A DNA stretch of 64,000 nucleotides from NCBI RefSeq assembly GCF_009914755.1, contig NC_060936.1; one strand, given 5' to 3'. A program made the position numbers and the translations under genes. Every line of letters begins with the position of its first letter. Position 1 is the stretch's first letter. Shown piece by piece: positions 52,551-64,000 of this stretch. The DNA is from the human T2T-CHM13v2.0 reference genome, Homo sapiens. Below the pieces are notes generated by a model. It was not told where the DNA came from and searched no databases. It was given only the letters and a program-made list of their open reading frames with translations.

Positions 52551-54744
52551 TAGACCTCCACCAATAAACATATGGATCAGACCGGGAAAGACAGCAACAT
52601 GATGGGAGAGGTGACCTCTCACTCTGCTACTAAGTAGCACATTGCTAGTTAGTGCATAATTTATTAACAGTTTCCTTTTTATTTGACATGGCTTGATACC
52701 TGGTTCACAGCTTTGAGAACAAGGTGGTTGAGCTCATGTACATAAGGGGCCACAGTGCCCCCGGCACATAATGGGATGAGCCTCCACATAACCCTATTGG
52801 AGTGGAAGTGCCAAACATGTGGGCTTGGGAAAATGTATTTAGCAGGGTCCATAGTGAATCCAGACTAGGGATTTCATAATCCTTAGAAATGTGAATGCTT
52901 CACCAGAGCCACTGTGGTCAAAGCTTCTGACCAGAGAAGAAGGGAGTGGGGGAGAGAGAGAGAAAGAAAGAGAGAGAGAATGAGGAAGAGAAAAAGGACT
53001 TAGAGCAGTTGAGAGACAGAAACTCACAGCTAGAAATAAAGTGTGTCTTTTGAGCATTCTCTGATTCTGAACTCCTAAGTTGTTTTGTAATCTAACATTG
53101 AAGGGCCGGAGAGAATATGGAAATCCTGCACCAGGCTAGAAAGACCAGAGCTGGCATTAGCATGAGGCAAGGACTTCTGCACGGCCAGAATTTCTGCAAA
53201 CTAGTAAGACTCATTAAACAAACTTTAATTTCTGTGTGTTTTCTCCACTGTACCTTAAAATAAATGTATTCTTTATGATCTGGAGAGATGCCTACTCTTC
53301 TAATTTGAAAGAAATATAAATGCTGGTAGGATAGTCTCTGGAGAATGTTACTATCTATGGTCATTAAGGGAGAAAGTAATGAGGGAGCAGGAGATTAACT
53401 AGTTAGTTGGGGAATCTACTAAAAGAAGGGAATTGGCACCTCAGGGCCTAATGTTGAAACTTGTTCCAACACAGGCAGCTGTATGATGAGCAGAAGAGGA
53501 ATGGGATGGGGAATGCAGAAAGAAAAAAAATCATAATCAGAAGTGCTAATCAAAATATAATAAATACAAAGTGCTAAACTCTTTTAAATAACAGCGACAG
53601 TATTGCTATGACATCTTTATTCAGCCATCTATTACATCTATTAAAAATGCTCTCATTCCTCAAAACTCTTCCAGCACATGGGCCAGATAGAGAAACCCAA
53701 GAGTTAAACTGGTGCTGGCTGCAGCTACCTTCCTCATATCTGTGCACTGCATGGGATGCGATGCTTGATGACAGCAGCAATAGCTAAACACGTCTCTGAA
53801 TTGTAATTGTCACAGGGCTCTTTCCTGGGTTTATCTACCTTACTTAGCATTTTAAGTCTCAGCTACTTAATGAAATGTCATCTTTTCATAGCTGGTGACC
53901 AAATAATTGTTTAAAGTGAATCAGCATGTGAAAGGTGAAGGTGTTTATTACCTGAAACATAATTCATTGTGATACTTCGACTCACGTCTCAAGCTAACTA
54001 AAGGATGTCATCTTGCAGGACACGTAACCTTTTACTATCTCATACTTCACCAATTATAGCAAATTTCCCTTTATCCAGAGTAGCTGGAGATAGGTGGTTT
54101 TTACTTTCCAGTATTCTGATTAACTGGGGATTGACATATCATCCCATTTTCAGAGAATGAAAATTCATTTTCTCTGGATGATGGTCATAGCTTTTTGACC
54201 TTTCTGTTTCTTCTAGTCTTTCTTTGGGTTAATCTTCTTAGAGAGGAACTCATTTCTCCCCAACTCAAAACCTTCAATAACTTGATTGAATAAGCTATCA
54301 TTCAAGGGCATTCATTGTTCCCAGCATGTCTACTTTAATCCCCATTTATTTACCGTTTGTGCTCTCACCCTCCTCCTCATAAATACCCTGACCTTTCTCC
54401 ATGCCTGATGTTCTCTCTACAGAGGATGCTTTTCTACTCTGTTTCTGTGTATTTCAAATCTACCCACCCTTAAAGACTCAGACCAATTCTCTCTTCTTGA
54501 TGAGACCTCTTTTCACCTCTTCCTTCCTCCAGGTCCACTTTTTATATCTTCCTCCTCTGAAATTCCATAATCTCTTTTTTTTCCTTTTAAGACAGGGTCT
54601 CATTCTGTTGCCCAGGCTGGAGTAGAGTTGTGCTATAAAGGTTTACTGCAGCTTTAGCCTCCTGGGTTCAAGTGATCTTCCCACTTTAGCTTCTCAAGTA
54701 ACTGAATAGCTGGGACTACAAGCTTATGTCACCACACTGACTAA

Positions 54745-55643
54745 TTTATTTATTATTATTATTTTTTAAATTTTATTATTGTACTTTAAGTTCTAGGGTA
54801 CATGTGCACAACATGCAGGTTTGTTACGTATGTATACATGTGCCATGTTTGTGTGCTGCACCCATTAACTCGTCATTTACATTAGGTATATCTCCTAAAG
54901 CTATCCCTCCCCACTCCCCCCACCTCACAACAGGCCCTGGTGTGTGATGTTCCCCATCCTGTGTCCAAGTGTTCTCATTGTTCAATTCCCACCTATGAGT
55001 GAGAAAATGCAGTGTTTGGTTTTCTGTCCTTGCGATAGTTTGCTCAGAATGTTGGTTTCCAGCTTCATCCATGTCCCTACAAAGGACATGAACTCATCCT
55101 TTTTTATGGCTGCATAGTATTCCATGATGTGTATGTGCCACATTTTCTTAATCCAGTCTATCATTGATGTACATTTGGGTTGGTTCCAAGTCTTTGCTAT
55201 TGTGAATAGGGCCACAATAAATATAAGTGTGCATGTGTCTTTATAGCAGCATGATTTATAATACTTTTGGTATACACCCAGTAATGGGATGGCTGGGTCA
55301 AATGGTATTTCTAGTTCTAGATCCTTGAGGAATCGCCACACTGTCTTCCACAATGGTTGAACTAGTTTGCAGTCCCACCAACAGTGTAAAAGTGTTCCTA
55401 TTTCTCCACATCCTCTCCAGCACCTGTTGTTTTCTGACTTTTTAATGATCGCCATTCTAACTGGTGTGAGATGGTATCTCATTGTGGTTTTGATTTGCAT
55501 TTCTCTGATGGCCAGTGATGATGAGCATTTTTTCATGTGTCTGTGGGCTGCATAAATGTCTGCTTTTGAGAAGTGTCTGTTCATATCCTTCGCCCACTTG
55601 TTGATGGGGTTGTTTGATTTTTTTCTTGTAAATTTGTTTAAGT
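54745..55643 (-). mobile_element. 5'-truncated L1PA (about L1PA4-6)
   Basis: Canonical L1PA 3'UTR (tactttaagttctagggtacatgtgcacaac...) plus ORF2 C-terminus. Confidence 0.95.
54982..55584 (-). pseudogene. L1 ORF2p C-terminal domain remnant (open 200 aa, no EN/RT)
   Basis: MNRHFSK...[18 protein letters not shown] (Cys-rich CCHC motif)...FSLIGGN*, the native ORF2p end. Confidence 0.9.
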
Positions 55644-55660
55644 ATTTTTATCTTTTGTAG

Positions 55661-55852
<192 letters not shown>

Positions 55853-57335
55853 TGAATTTTATCTTAACCTACTAGTCACAATTTCCTTGAGTGTATTATT
55901 TGTGACAGACACATCTCTGTTAGTCCCCTAGGTAGCACCGCATGCGTTGCACACAGTAGGCGTGCATTAAATGGATGAACCAAAGAACCATAATTTTATC
56001 ACCAAAATGGGACAGAATGTGCTTTTCTCTTTCTTGGATGATTCATAGAGCACTTCAGGATCTCACAGTGCTTTTGATTTATTATGATTAGCATCAACTA
56101 TCATTAGAGGGGCTGCAAATAAGTCTGGATATATGAATTTTCTGGTTTCGATTTCTGAACAAAACTGAGAGCAAGTGCATTTAGCAACCAGGGGACTGAC
56201 AGAACCTGAGGGAAAAATACAAGTGTTCATTGACCTCACATAAAACACAGTAAATGGCACAGAGAATTAGGAGAAAATTAAATCCGTCCAGACTTGGAGT
56301 AATTTTGCCTAAGAGAGTCTAATTAGTCACGTTGGAGTGTGATCAGAACCTCCATGTTAATACAACCCACCCACGCCCTCTCCTTCAGATTGTGACTTTA
56401 GGAAACACAGCTGTACCAAGGGAGAGTACCGTCTGAGCACTGACCAGGGACTAGACAGAAGCGAGGCAATTTCCCCCTCAATTGTTGCCACAGCCACACT
56501 GCGATTGCAATTTTACTGTGGCTCCTTGCCCCAAGGGCTGCAGGACATGGCATTTATTTCAGAGCTGGTACTGTCACTGCCCATAGAGCCATGCCTGTAG
56601 GGCTGGCAAACATCCAAGAAGAATCATTTACTTGCAGAGAAAAAGAGGAAAGAGGCCAGTTAACAAACAAAGGTGAGAGGGCCATGTTCATGATGGCAAG
56701 CCATGCTGTGAGCAGGATCAGGTGAAGGAGGCTGAGGAAGAAAGAAAAAGGGAAGTACGGGGCTATGAAGGGATATGATCAAGGTAGCAATGGTGCAGCT
56801 GCCAAATAAGCTATTAGAAATCAGTCAAGGAGAATTAGGTGTCAGAAAAACATAGGAGACCAGCCCAGGCAGAGAGTCAACACCTCTGAAATCTGCAGAA
56901 GTTGAAGAAACAAGGCAAGATGGGTTGTCAACATGGAGAATTCTGGAGTTTTTACCCCAGAAAATAGCTGCATGATCTCAGCATCCAGGAAAGGACCCAG
57001 ATGCCAAGGGAGCTTGCTATTCCAGCCCCAGCTGCATTTATATGCCCTCTGACTCCAGTGAAACTCAGTTTCACGTCTGCTGTTCTAGATAGTTGGGAGA
57101 GGGGTGCTCTCTGAAAGCTGGTGGCAGGAAGCTGGTGTGATCATGTAGAAGAGATTCTCCAGGCTGAGTCATTTTCCCAACACAGGTGCACACAGTTGTT
57201 TGGAAAAGGACCCTCTCTGGAGCATTAAGCTGACCAATACATTGCAAGGGGATTCTCTTTCTTTGACTTGTGTCTGATTACTCCAAGAGGCTGTGGGAAC
57301 TGAGAGTTTACGTAGTAGACAGAAAGCCTCTTGAA

Positions 57336-57373
57336 GCTCTTTCTGTCATGATCTGCTCTTTCTGTCGTGATCT
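57336..57373. repeat. 19-bp tandem duplication
   Basis: gctctttctgtcatgatct / gctctttctgtcgtgatct. Confidence 0.8.
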
Positions 57374-58045
57374 CTGACACTGATCAATTCTGATTATGAT
57401 CTTCCCCACAGCTGGTTATATTATTAGCAGCTATGGGCAGCAGGAGCCAGGCTCACATGTGCTTCCAGAAGACCCCAAGCTTGCCCCAGAGTAATTCTGG
57501 GGTAGACAGCTAAGTATAGGTGCTTGTGAAATGGGGCCTGTGAAATTACAGACTCTACAACATGAAAGCTAAAAAGAGACATTTTTATATATTACAAATA
57601 GAAAAACAAGCTTGGAATTAAGTGATCAGCCCAAGGTCACAGTATCAGAACCTGGGAACCCATATCTCCTGAATTCCCATCTATTAAATCATATCTACAT
57701 AGTCTTCAGGGGTCATGCCAAATCCATGTCAAGCTTTTTATGTTCCCATCTGATTTGTCTGAAGCAAATTCCAGTCCATCTTCTATGAGGTGGAAATTGA
57801 TTCTTAAAACAATTACAGTGAGGATATGTACAAATGAGTGAAGATATGCATCCTTGAGCAACTTGCCAAGCCACTCTGAATTCCATTCTTTTTATGCAGA
57901 AAATGGAGACTGAGCATCCCCCTTAAGAAATTATTGCTCAGATTGAATAAATGAAAACATAGGTAGAGCATCAGGTACATAATAGGTCCTCGCACCATCA
58001 GAAAACAAACAAACAAACAAAAAGATTCAAGAATGTTCAGTTAGG

Positions 58046-58400
58046 GGCCGGGTGCAGTGGCTCATGCCTGTAATCCCTGCACTTTGGGAGGCTGAGGCGG
58101 GCCGATCACTCGAGGTCAGGAGTTTGAGACTGGCCTGGCCAATATGGTGAAACCCACTCTCTACTAAAAATACAAAAATTAGTCAGGGGGTGGTGGTGCA
58201 CGCCTGTAGTCACAGCTACTGAAGAGCTGAGGCAGGAGAATCACCTGAAGCCAGGAGGCGGAGGTTGCAGTGAGCTGAGACTGCACCACTGCACTTCAGC
58301 CTGGGCCACATAGCGAGGCTCCATCTCAAAAAAGAAAAAAAAAAACCAAAAAGCCAAAAACCAAAACAACAACAACAACAACGAAAAACCCCACACCAAA
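58046..58400 (+). mobile_element. AluS with a complex (A/CAA) tail
   Basis: ggccgggtgcagtggctca...; TSD aagaatgttcagtt (58029-58042) / aagaatgtttagtt (58401-58414). Confidence 0.95.
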
Positions 58401-58569
58401 AAGAATGTTTAGTTTTGGTGCTATGTGTATTACTGCATTAAGGATTCTTGGAATTTAGTTAACTCCTGCAGGTTTTCTTTTCGCAGTGCTCTGCTGACCA
58501 GAAAGAAGGACAATATGAAAGGAAAAAAAAAAAAAGGAAAAAAAAAAAAGAAAAAAAAATTTACCAGAC

Positions 58570-58970
58570 TAAGAATCAAGAGATCAGGTTCTAATTCTAG
58601 CCCTGCTACCTGCCAGTGGGGTAATCCTGTTTAAACCATTTAGAGTCTACAACAGTTTCTTCCTTTTTAAAATTCAGTAATAGACTGTGTTTTCCCTGTG
58701 TATCTTACAGGATTGTTGTAAAGATCAAACAAATTAATAAATGAGCAAATGTTTTGACAATTAACTTACAATTAATTAGCAGTGGCTTGGTATTGAGGGT
58801 GCCATCTCTCCTTTAATCTCCACAATAGTTCTATGCAGCAGGCATAGCTTGATCCCTTTGACAACTTGAGCCCAGCGAGACATCGGGTGACTTGCTAGAG
58901 CTTAATAGCCATAGAGCAGGACAGCCAGGATTCAAAACCAAGCCTCCTGATTCTAAGTGCTTTTCTCACT
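58570..58970. mobile_element. Two degenerate MIRs (+ about 58570-58770; - about 58790-58970)
   Basis: ggttctaattctagccctgctacc...cagtttcttcc...gattgttgtaaagatcaaa; and agagcaggacagccaggattcaaaaccaag...tgattcta. Confidence 0.55.
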
Positions 58971-58971
58971 A

Positions 58972-59051
58972 TTATGTTGAATCATATGAAATTGCTATTT
59001 TTGTAGGTCAAAAAAAATCAAATGTCAGCAATTTCATATGGTTTAACCTGA
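58972..59051. mobile_element. MADE2 (Hsmar2-derived mariner MITE), 80 bp
   Basis: TA-flanked; inverted arms ttatgttgaatcatatgaaattgct ... agcaatttcatatggtttaacctga. Confidence 0.88.
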
Positions 59052-61586
59052 TAGAACACATCTGTACAAAGAACTATTGAAATTCAAGAGAGCAGAACTA
59101 TTGAGTAGTAGCTTAGGCTCTGATTAGCACCATTTAGGAACAGTGTTCCCTTATACCATGCAGAGGATCAGAAAAAAGTCCTAAATTGCCTGTTTCATTC
59201 GAACCAGAATTGGCAGAACTCTGCTCTAGGGGGTTGGGGAGATAGTTACACAATGGTTCGGCCATAGCTCACGCATAGGAGGCAAGCTCTATTAGTTAGC
59301 ACCATCCTTAAACTGGGGTCTGTCTTGATATGGTATTTTGTGTGTAATATTCACTCATTATCTTATAAAAAACTGTGAATCTATAATGAACCTAAATTCA
59401 AGTGCAGACTGAGATACTGAATAATCATTACATTTAGTAATGTTAAGTGTGTGTCTTTAGCAAAATTGAGATTTTTTAAAATGCTAATTAGATTGAACTA
59501 TTTATGAAAATTATGGTATTTTGGTGGGGTAGGTCAAAGTATTTGCTCACAGGATCCTGGGAGATCAGACAATGACAGGGAGGATGCTGGTTTGAGCTTC
59601 TCCTTAGTTATTTTGGAAAAGAGAGATTGAATTTGTTCTAGGACGGAACTGGCCTAGCATCACCTAGATTGGAATCTTGATGTTCACATGGCATGATATA
59701 AAATTGGAGAGCTGACCAAGGGGGAAAATGTATACAAAGTATCATGACTGCCTTGCCTGGATCCCAAAGGCAAGATTACATCCCATGGATAAGGGTGGGA
59801 ACTTTCTATGAAGATAATGCGTATTTATAGTATTGGTCATTGTGAGACAGGGAAAGAGGAGGGCTTTGGACCAAGAGAGGGGGAATCTCTCTGGAGCTTG
59901 AAAGTGAATTCAGAGCCAGCATTTAAGTAGGGGAGAAGTCCGTCTGGATATCCCTGTAGGATTGAATTCAGCTGGCTACTTGCAGAAGGTGGGCTGTTAG
60001 TGTAGCATTTTGAGAATTTCCTCTTGGAGTTGTATATCTTTTACAACAGGACTTCAGTACATCTTCCCCGATCATTACGGATCAGCTTCTAGGTAAAGCA
60101 GTGAGTTGACCACATGTATTTACTTTCAGTTCCTTCTGAAATTCCTCTGAAGTAATAGAAAAGGATTTTTAAAATCTTTATTCATAAAGACAAAGATGAT
60201 AGAAGGGGAGACAATGACAATTAAATTTTGGAGGTTGGACACCAGCTGGATGAGTGATAACTGATTCAGCAGGTCTGAGAATGTATGGGAAATGAGTGGA
60301 AAAGACTGAAAGTAATTGGAGTTAAATTGATGAGCTTCAAAAGTTGGTGTCACTACAGAAGTGGCTGTAAAAGTGGGGGCTAACAACAGAAAGATTTGTT
60401 GAAAGTCTGGGAAGCAGTTAGGGCCCCAAATCCCTGCTCCCACACAATGAAGCTGGAATCCTCCCTCTCTCCCATCCTGGCAGATGATTGAAGAAGGTAA
60501 ATCAGAAAGTCACTAAAGTGAGGAGACACTAGGCATAGTTGAGAATGGAGGTATCACAGTGAAAATGAAAGGTTGGCCAAGCTAATTCTCTCTATAGTAA
60601 ACCCCTTTGCTAACAGCCTGCACACTTGCCCAGAGCCATCAGTTGGCCTTTTCACCCTCTCACCCCACTTAGACATATAAACAGACTACCAAGTTTACCA
60701 TGCATGCCAGAGGGAAGCCCATAGCATGACATCTATAGATAAGAAGAAATACACAAAATTAAAACCACTTTGAGGAAACAAAAATTAAACAGGTGCAAGA
60801 ACACTTAAAATAGTTGATATTTTCAGAGATGTAAGAGAGGATAATATATCTGTAGAACAAGGATACAATATTGTCTACAAGAGAACATTCAGAAAACAAA
60901 TAAAAAAGCTCTTGGAAGTTAAAAATGATGGCAGAAATGAAAAACTTGGAAGAACCGAGATATAAGATTGAGAAATTTTCCAGAAAAGAAAGAAGGCAAA
61001 GAGATGATAAATAGAAAAAAGGGAAAAAAATATATCAGTGCAGAATGTCTGCACCCAAAATATAGGAGCTGTAGAAAAAAAGAACAGGGAAATTCTGGAG
61101 AAGACATTATCACAAAAATAATTAAAACAAATTTCACAGAATGGAAGGGAATGGGTTTCCAGACTAAAGTGGCGCACACCAAGGCACATTGTGAAATTTT
61201 AGAATATTGGCAACAAAGTAAATATCCTACATGCCTCCGGAGTGGAGAGTAAAATTTCATACACAAAGTACGTGGAATTGAGATGGCATTGAACATCTCC
61301 ATAGGAATACTGGAAGCTAGAAGACAATGGAGAAATGCCTTAAAATTTCTGAAGGAAAATGACTCCCTGCATGGAATACTATACCATGCATGCCAAATTG
61401 TAAATTTAGGGTAAAGGTAGAATAAAAGACATTTCAGACACAAGTCTCAAAAAGATTATCTTTTACATACTTTCTCCTAGAAAGTAACAATTAAACAAGT
61501 GATTAAATCCAGAAAGAGGAAGACACTGGACTCAGGAAAGTGACAATCTATCAAAGGATAGAAAAAAAGAGAATTCCTAGAGCAAT

Positions 61587-61916
61587 TGTCTTAGTCTATT
61601 CAGACTGCTATGACAAAAATACCATAAACGGGGTAGTTAATAAACAACAGAAATTTATTTCATACAGTTCTAGAGGCTGGAAAGTCCAAGATGTAGGTAC
61701 TAGAAGATTCAGTGTCTGGTGAGAACACATTTTTTGATTCAAAGGGACAAATGAGCTTTCTTGGGCTTCTTTTTTAGGGCACAATCCCATTCATGAGAGC
61801 AGAGCCTCTCATGAATAATCACCACCTAAAAGGTCCCACCTTGTAAGACCACTGCATTGGGGGTTAGGATTTCAACATATGGATTTTGAAGGGACACAAA
61901 CATTCTGATTGCAGCA
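61587..61916 (-). mobile_element. MLT1A-type solo LTR
   Basis: tgtcttagtc...ggacacaaacattctgattgcagca; TSD GCAAT (61582-61586, 61917-61921). Confidence 0.88.
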
Positions 61917-62173
61917 GCAATGGTGAAAGGAGATCTCAAGATGACAACTGTGCACCGGGTACAGAGAGTTACAGGCCCTAATTGGAGCACATCAGAAGAC
62001 TCTAGGAAAGATTTCTTTAAGCTAGAATTGATAGAACACCTGATAAGAGGATTTAGACAATTGGTGGAGGGCTTGAAGTCAGCTGGATTAGTGATAATTA
62101 CATGGAAAACTAAACAAAATAAACAATTGTGGACTCTGAGGAAGTAAAAATTGTGTTTAAAAGTGAAAGCAAT

Positions 62174-62534
62174 TCTCTCAGTCACTTAGTCAATTCAGGC
62201 TGCCATAACAAACTACCATAGCCTGGGTGGCTTATAAACAATAGAAGTTTATTTCTCACGTTTCTGGAGGCTGGGAAGTCCAAGATCAAGGTGCCAGCAG
62301 ATTTGGTGTTTGGTGAGGGCTCACTCCCTGATTCACTGATGGTTGTCTTTTTGCTGTAATCTCACACAGTTACTCTCTGGAGCCTTTCTTATAATGGCAC
62401 TAATCCCATTCATGAAGGCTCAGCCCTCATGACCTAATCACCTCCCATAAGTCCCCACCTCCTCATACCATTGTATTGGAGGTTGGGATTTAACATAAAA
62501 ATTTTGGGAGGACATGAACATTCAGTCTGTGGCA
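62174..62534 (-). mobile_element. MLT1A-type solo LTR
   Basis: cttagtcaattcaggctgccataacaaactaccatag...aacattcagtctgtggca; GCAAT at 62169-62173 and 62535-62539. Confidence 0.85.
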
Positions 62535-62869
62535 GCAATCATAATACATTCTATATCTCAGCTGTGAATAGCATTTGTATAACCACAACAGTCTAACAAT
62601 TGAGTATTGATAAAACCAAAATTAAATATTTTGGGTGGATAGCAAGATGGTAAAAGTGTAAGGGATGAAAGGTGGGAGTAAAGGCGGGGGTTTAAAAGAG
62701 CAAAATATTCATCATCTATTATGATAAGTTAACAAATACACTTGAATATATTATATGTAAATCAATATATATTAATATAAGCAATGTCTATTATATATGT
62801 ATTATATAATATATGCCTATAATATATACAATGTAAATATGTGTATTATATACGTGTATATGTATTATA

Positions 62870-63319
62870 CAGTTGAACTTTGAACAACATGGATTTGAAC
62901 TGTGAGGGTCCACTTATACACAGATTTTCTTCTACCTCTGCCACCCCTGAGACAGCAATACCAACCCGTCCTCTTCTTCCTCCTCCTCAGCCTACTCAAT
63001 GTGAAGACCATGAAGATGAAAACCTTTCTGATAATCCACTTCCCCTTCATAAATAGTAAATTTATTTTCTCTTCCTTATGATTTTCCTAATAATATGTTT
63101 TTTTCTCTAGCTTACTTTGCGGTAAGGATACAGTATATAATACATATACCATACAAAATATGTGTTAATTGGCTGTTTTCTGTTATCGATAAAGCTTCTT
63201 TCTGGTTATCAGTAGGTTATTAATAATTAAGCTCTTGGGTAAGCAAAAGTAATACTCAGATTTTTGACTGTGCAGGGGGGTCAGTGCCCCTAACTCCTGT
63301 ATTGTTCAAGAGTCAATTG
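62870..63319. mobile_element. Tigger2a (MER28-like) DNA-transposon derivative
   Basis: TIRs cagttgaactttgaacaa ... ttgttcaagagtcaattg, preceded by TA; internal ctctgccacccctgagacagcaa...cagcctactcaatgtgaagac. Confidence 0.88.
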
Positions 63320-63363
63320 TGTGTGCGTGTGTGTGTGTGTGTGTGTGTATTGTGTGTATGTGT
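63318..63363. repeat. (TG)n microsatellite
   Basis: Direct inspection. Confidence 0.85.
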
Positions 63364-63502
63364 AAAAGAATAGCTGCCTATGGGCAGGGAGAAATTGATG
63401 AGAGGAGGTGGGGAGGGTAAGGGTTACTAATTTTAATAACCTGCTTTATGATATTATTTGGTTCTTTAAATGATGTGCAGATATAACTGCTAAAACAAAA
63501 TT

Positions 63503-63658
63503 CTTTTTATTTATTTAAATTTTTATTTATTTTTTTTAAAATGAAATGGGGTCTTGCTGTGTTGCCCAGGCTGATCTTGGACTCCTGGGCTCAAGCAATC
63601 CTCCTGTCTCGACCTCCCAAAGTACTGGGATTACAGTTGTGAGCCACCGCACCTGGCC
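63503..63658 (-). mobile_element. FLAM_C / free left Alu monomer
   Basis: Single monomer ggggtcttgctgtgttgcccagg...ctcccaaagtactgggattacag...cacctggcc with an AT tail. Confidence 0.85.
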
Positions 63659-64000
63659 AAAGTGGAAAGAACGTGAACACTTGATTCAAAATTCTTTAAA
63701 ATGTTTAGACCATGCATAGCTGTAGGCAGAAGGTCCGTGCCCCCTCATGGACCTTGGGTAGAAATTCAGAGGAAGTATTGGGACTATGAAGAAATCAAGT
63801 ATCTGGAAATAAGAAGTCATTTGCCAAGCTATTGAGCAGGGATGTCTGGCAAAGGGATCAGGGACCAAAAAAAGGTAGATTTGGGGACCATGTGAACATT
63901 CTTTTTAAAAAATTCTTTATGCAGTGTATCCTCTTACATGTGAACATTCTTTAAGGCAGCTTGGAAATGATATGGAGAGGAAAACCAGTTGAAGAGTGAA

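Larger units (their letters stand above)
60150..63500 (+). mobile_element. HAL1/L1M-like element with a degenerate ORF1, interrupted by nested elements
   Basis: ORF1p-like peptides EDIITKIIKTNFTEW and IEMALNISIGILEARRQWRNALKFLKEND..ILY (about 61275-61395); no ORF2 motifs seen downstream; outer boundaries approximate. Confidence 0.65.

Noticed and set aside
59255-59280. tRNA-like ggttcggccatagctca
   Set aside because: No cloverleaf, and the A/B boxes are not in the correct order
60875-61443. Minus-strand ORFs of 104 and 174 aa
   Set aside because: Antisense frames of the L1/HAL1 ORF1 relic

Overview
Primate (simian, most likely human or ape) nuclear non-coding DNA, intergenic or intronic. 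It is dominated by interspersed repeats: about a dozen Alu/FLAM copies, L1 fragments of several ages, a HAL1-like ORF1-only element, long L2 and many MIR relics, MaLR/ERVL/ERV1 solo LTRs, and DNA-transposon MITEs (Tigger4a/MER46A, MER5A, MADE2, Tigger2a). I found no credible host protein-coding gene, tRNA, CRISPR or prokaryotic system. The only recognisable ORFs are L1 ORF1/ORF2 remnants and Alu read-throughs. I cannot show a wholly new biological system from sequence alone. The most notable local signals are: an orphan CpG-rich patch with a CTCF site (8.5-8.95 kb); a ~55-bp segment next to it that also appears inside an L2 2.5 kb away; a tailless 5'-fragment 5S rRNA retropseudogene with target-site duplication (TSD; 18024-18070); a 26-bp minisatellite whose units each carry a perfect AP-1 site (27738-27836); an ERV1 LTR with a p53-like element; a closely spaced inverted Alu pair; and two neighbouring MLT1A LTRs sharing the same GCAAT TSD. 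Repeat subfamily names come from my recall of consensus sequences, not from a database search, and the boundaries of old repeats are approximate.
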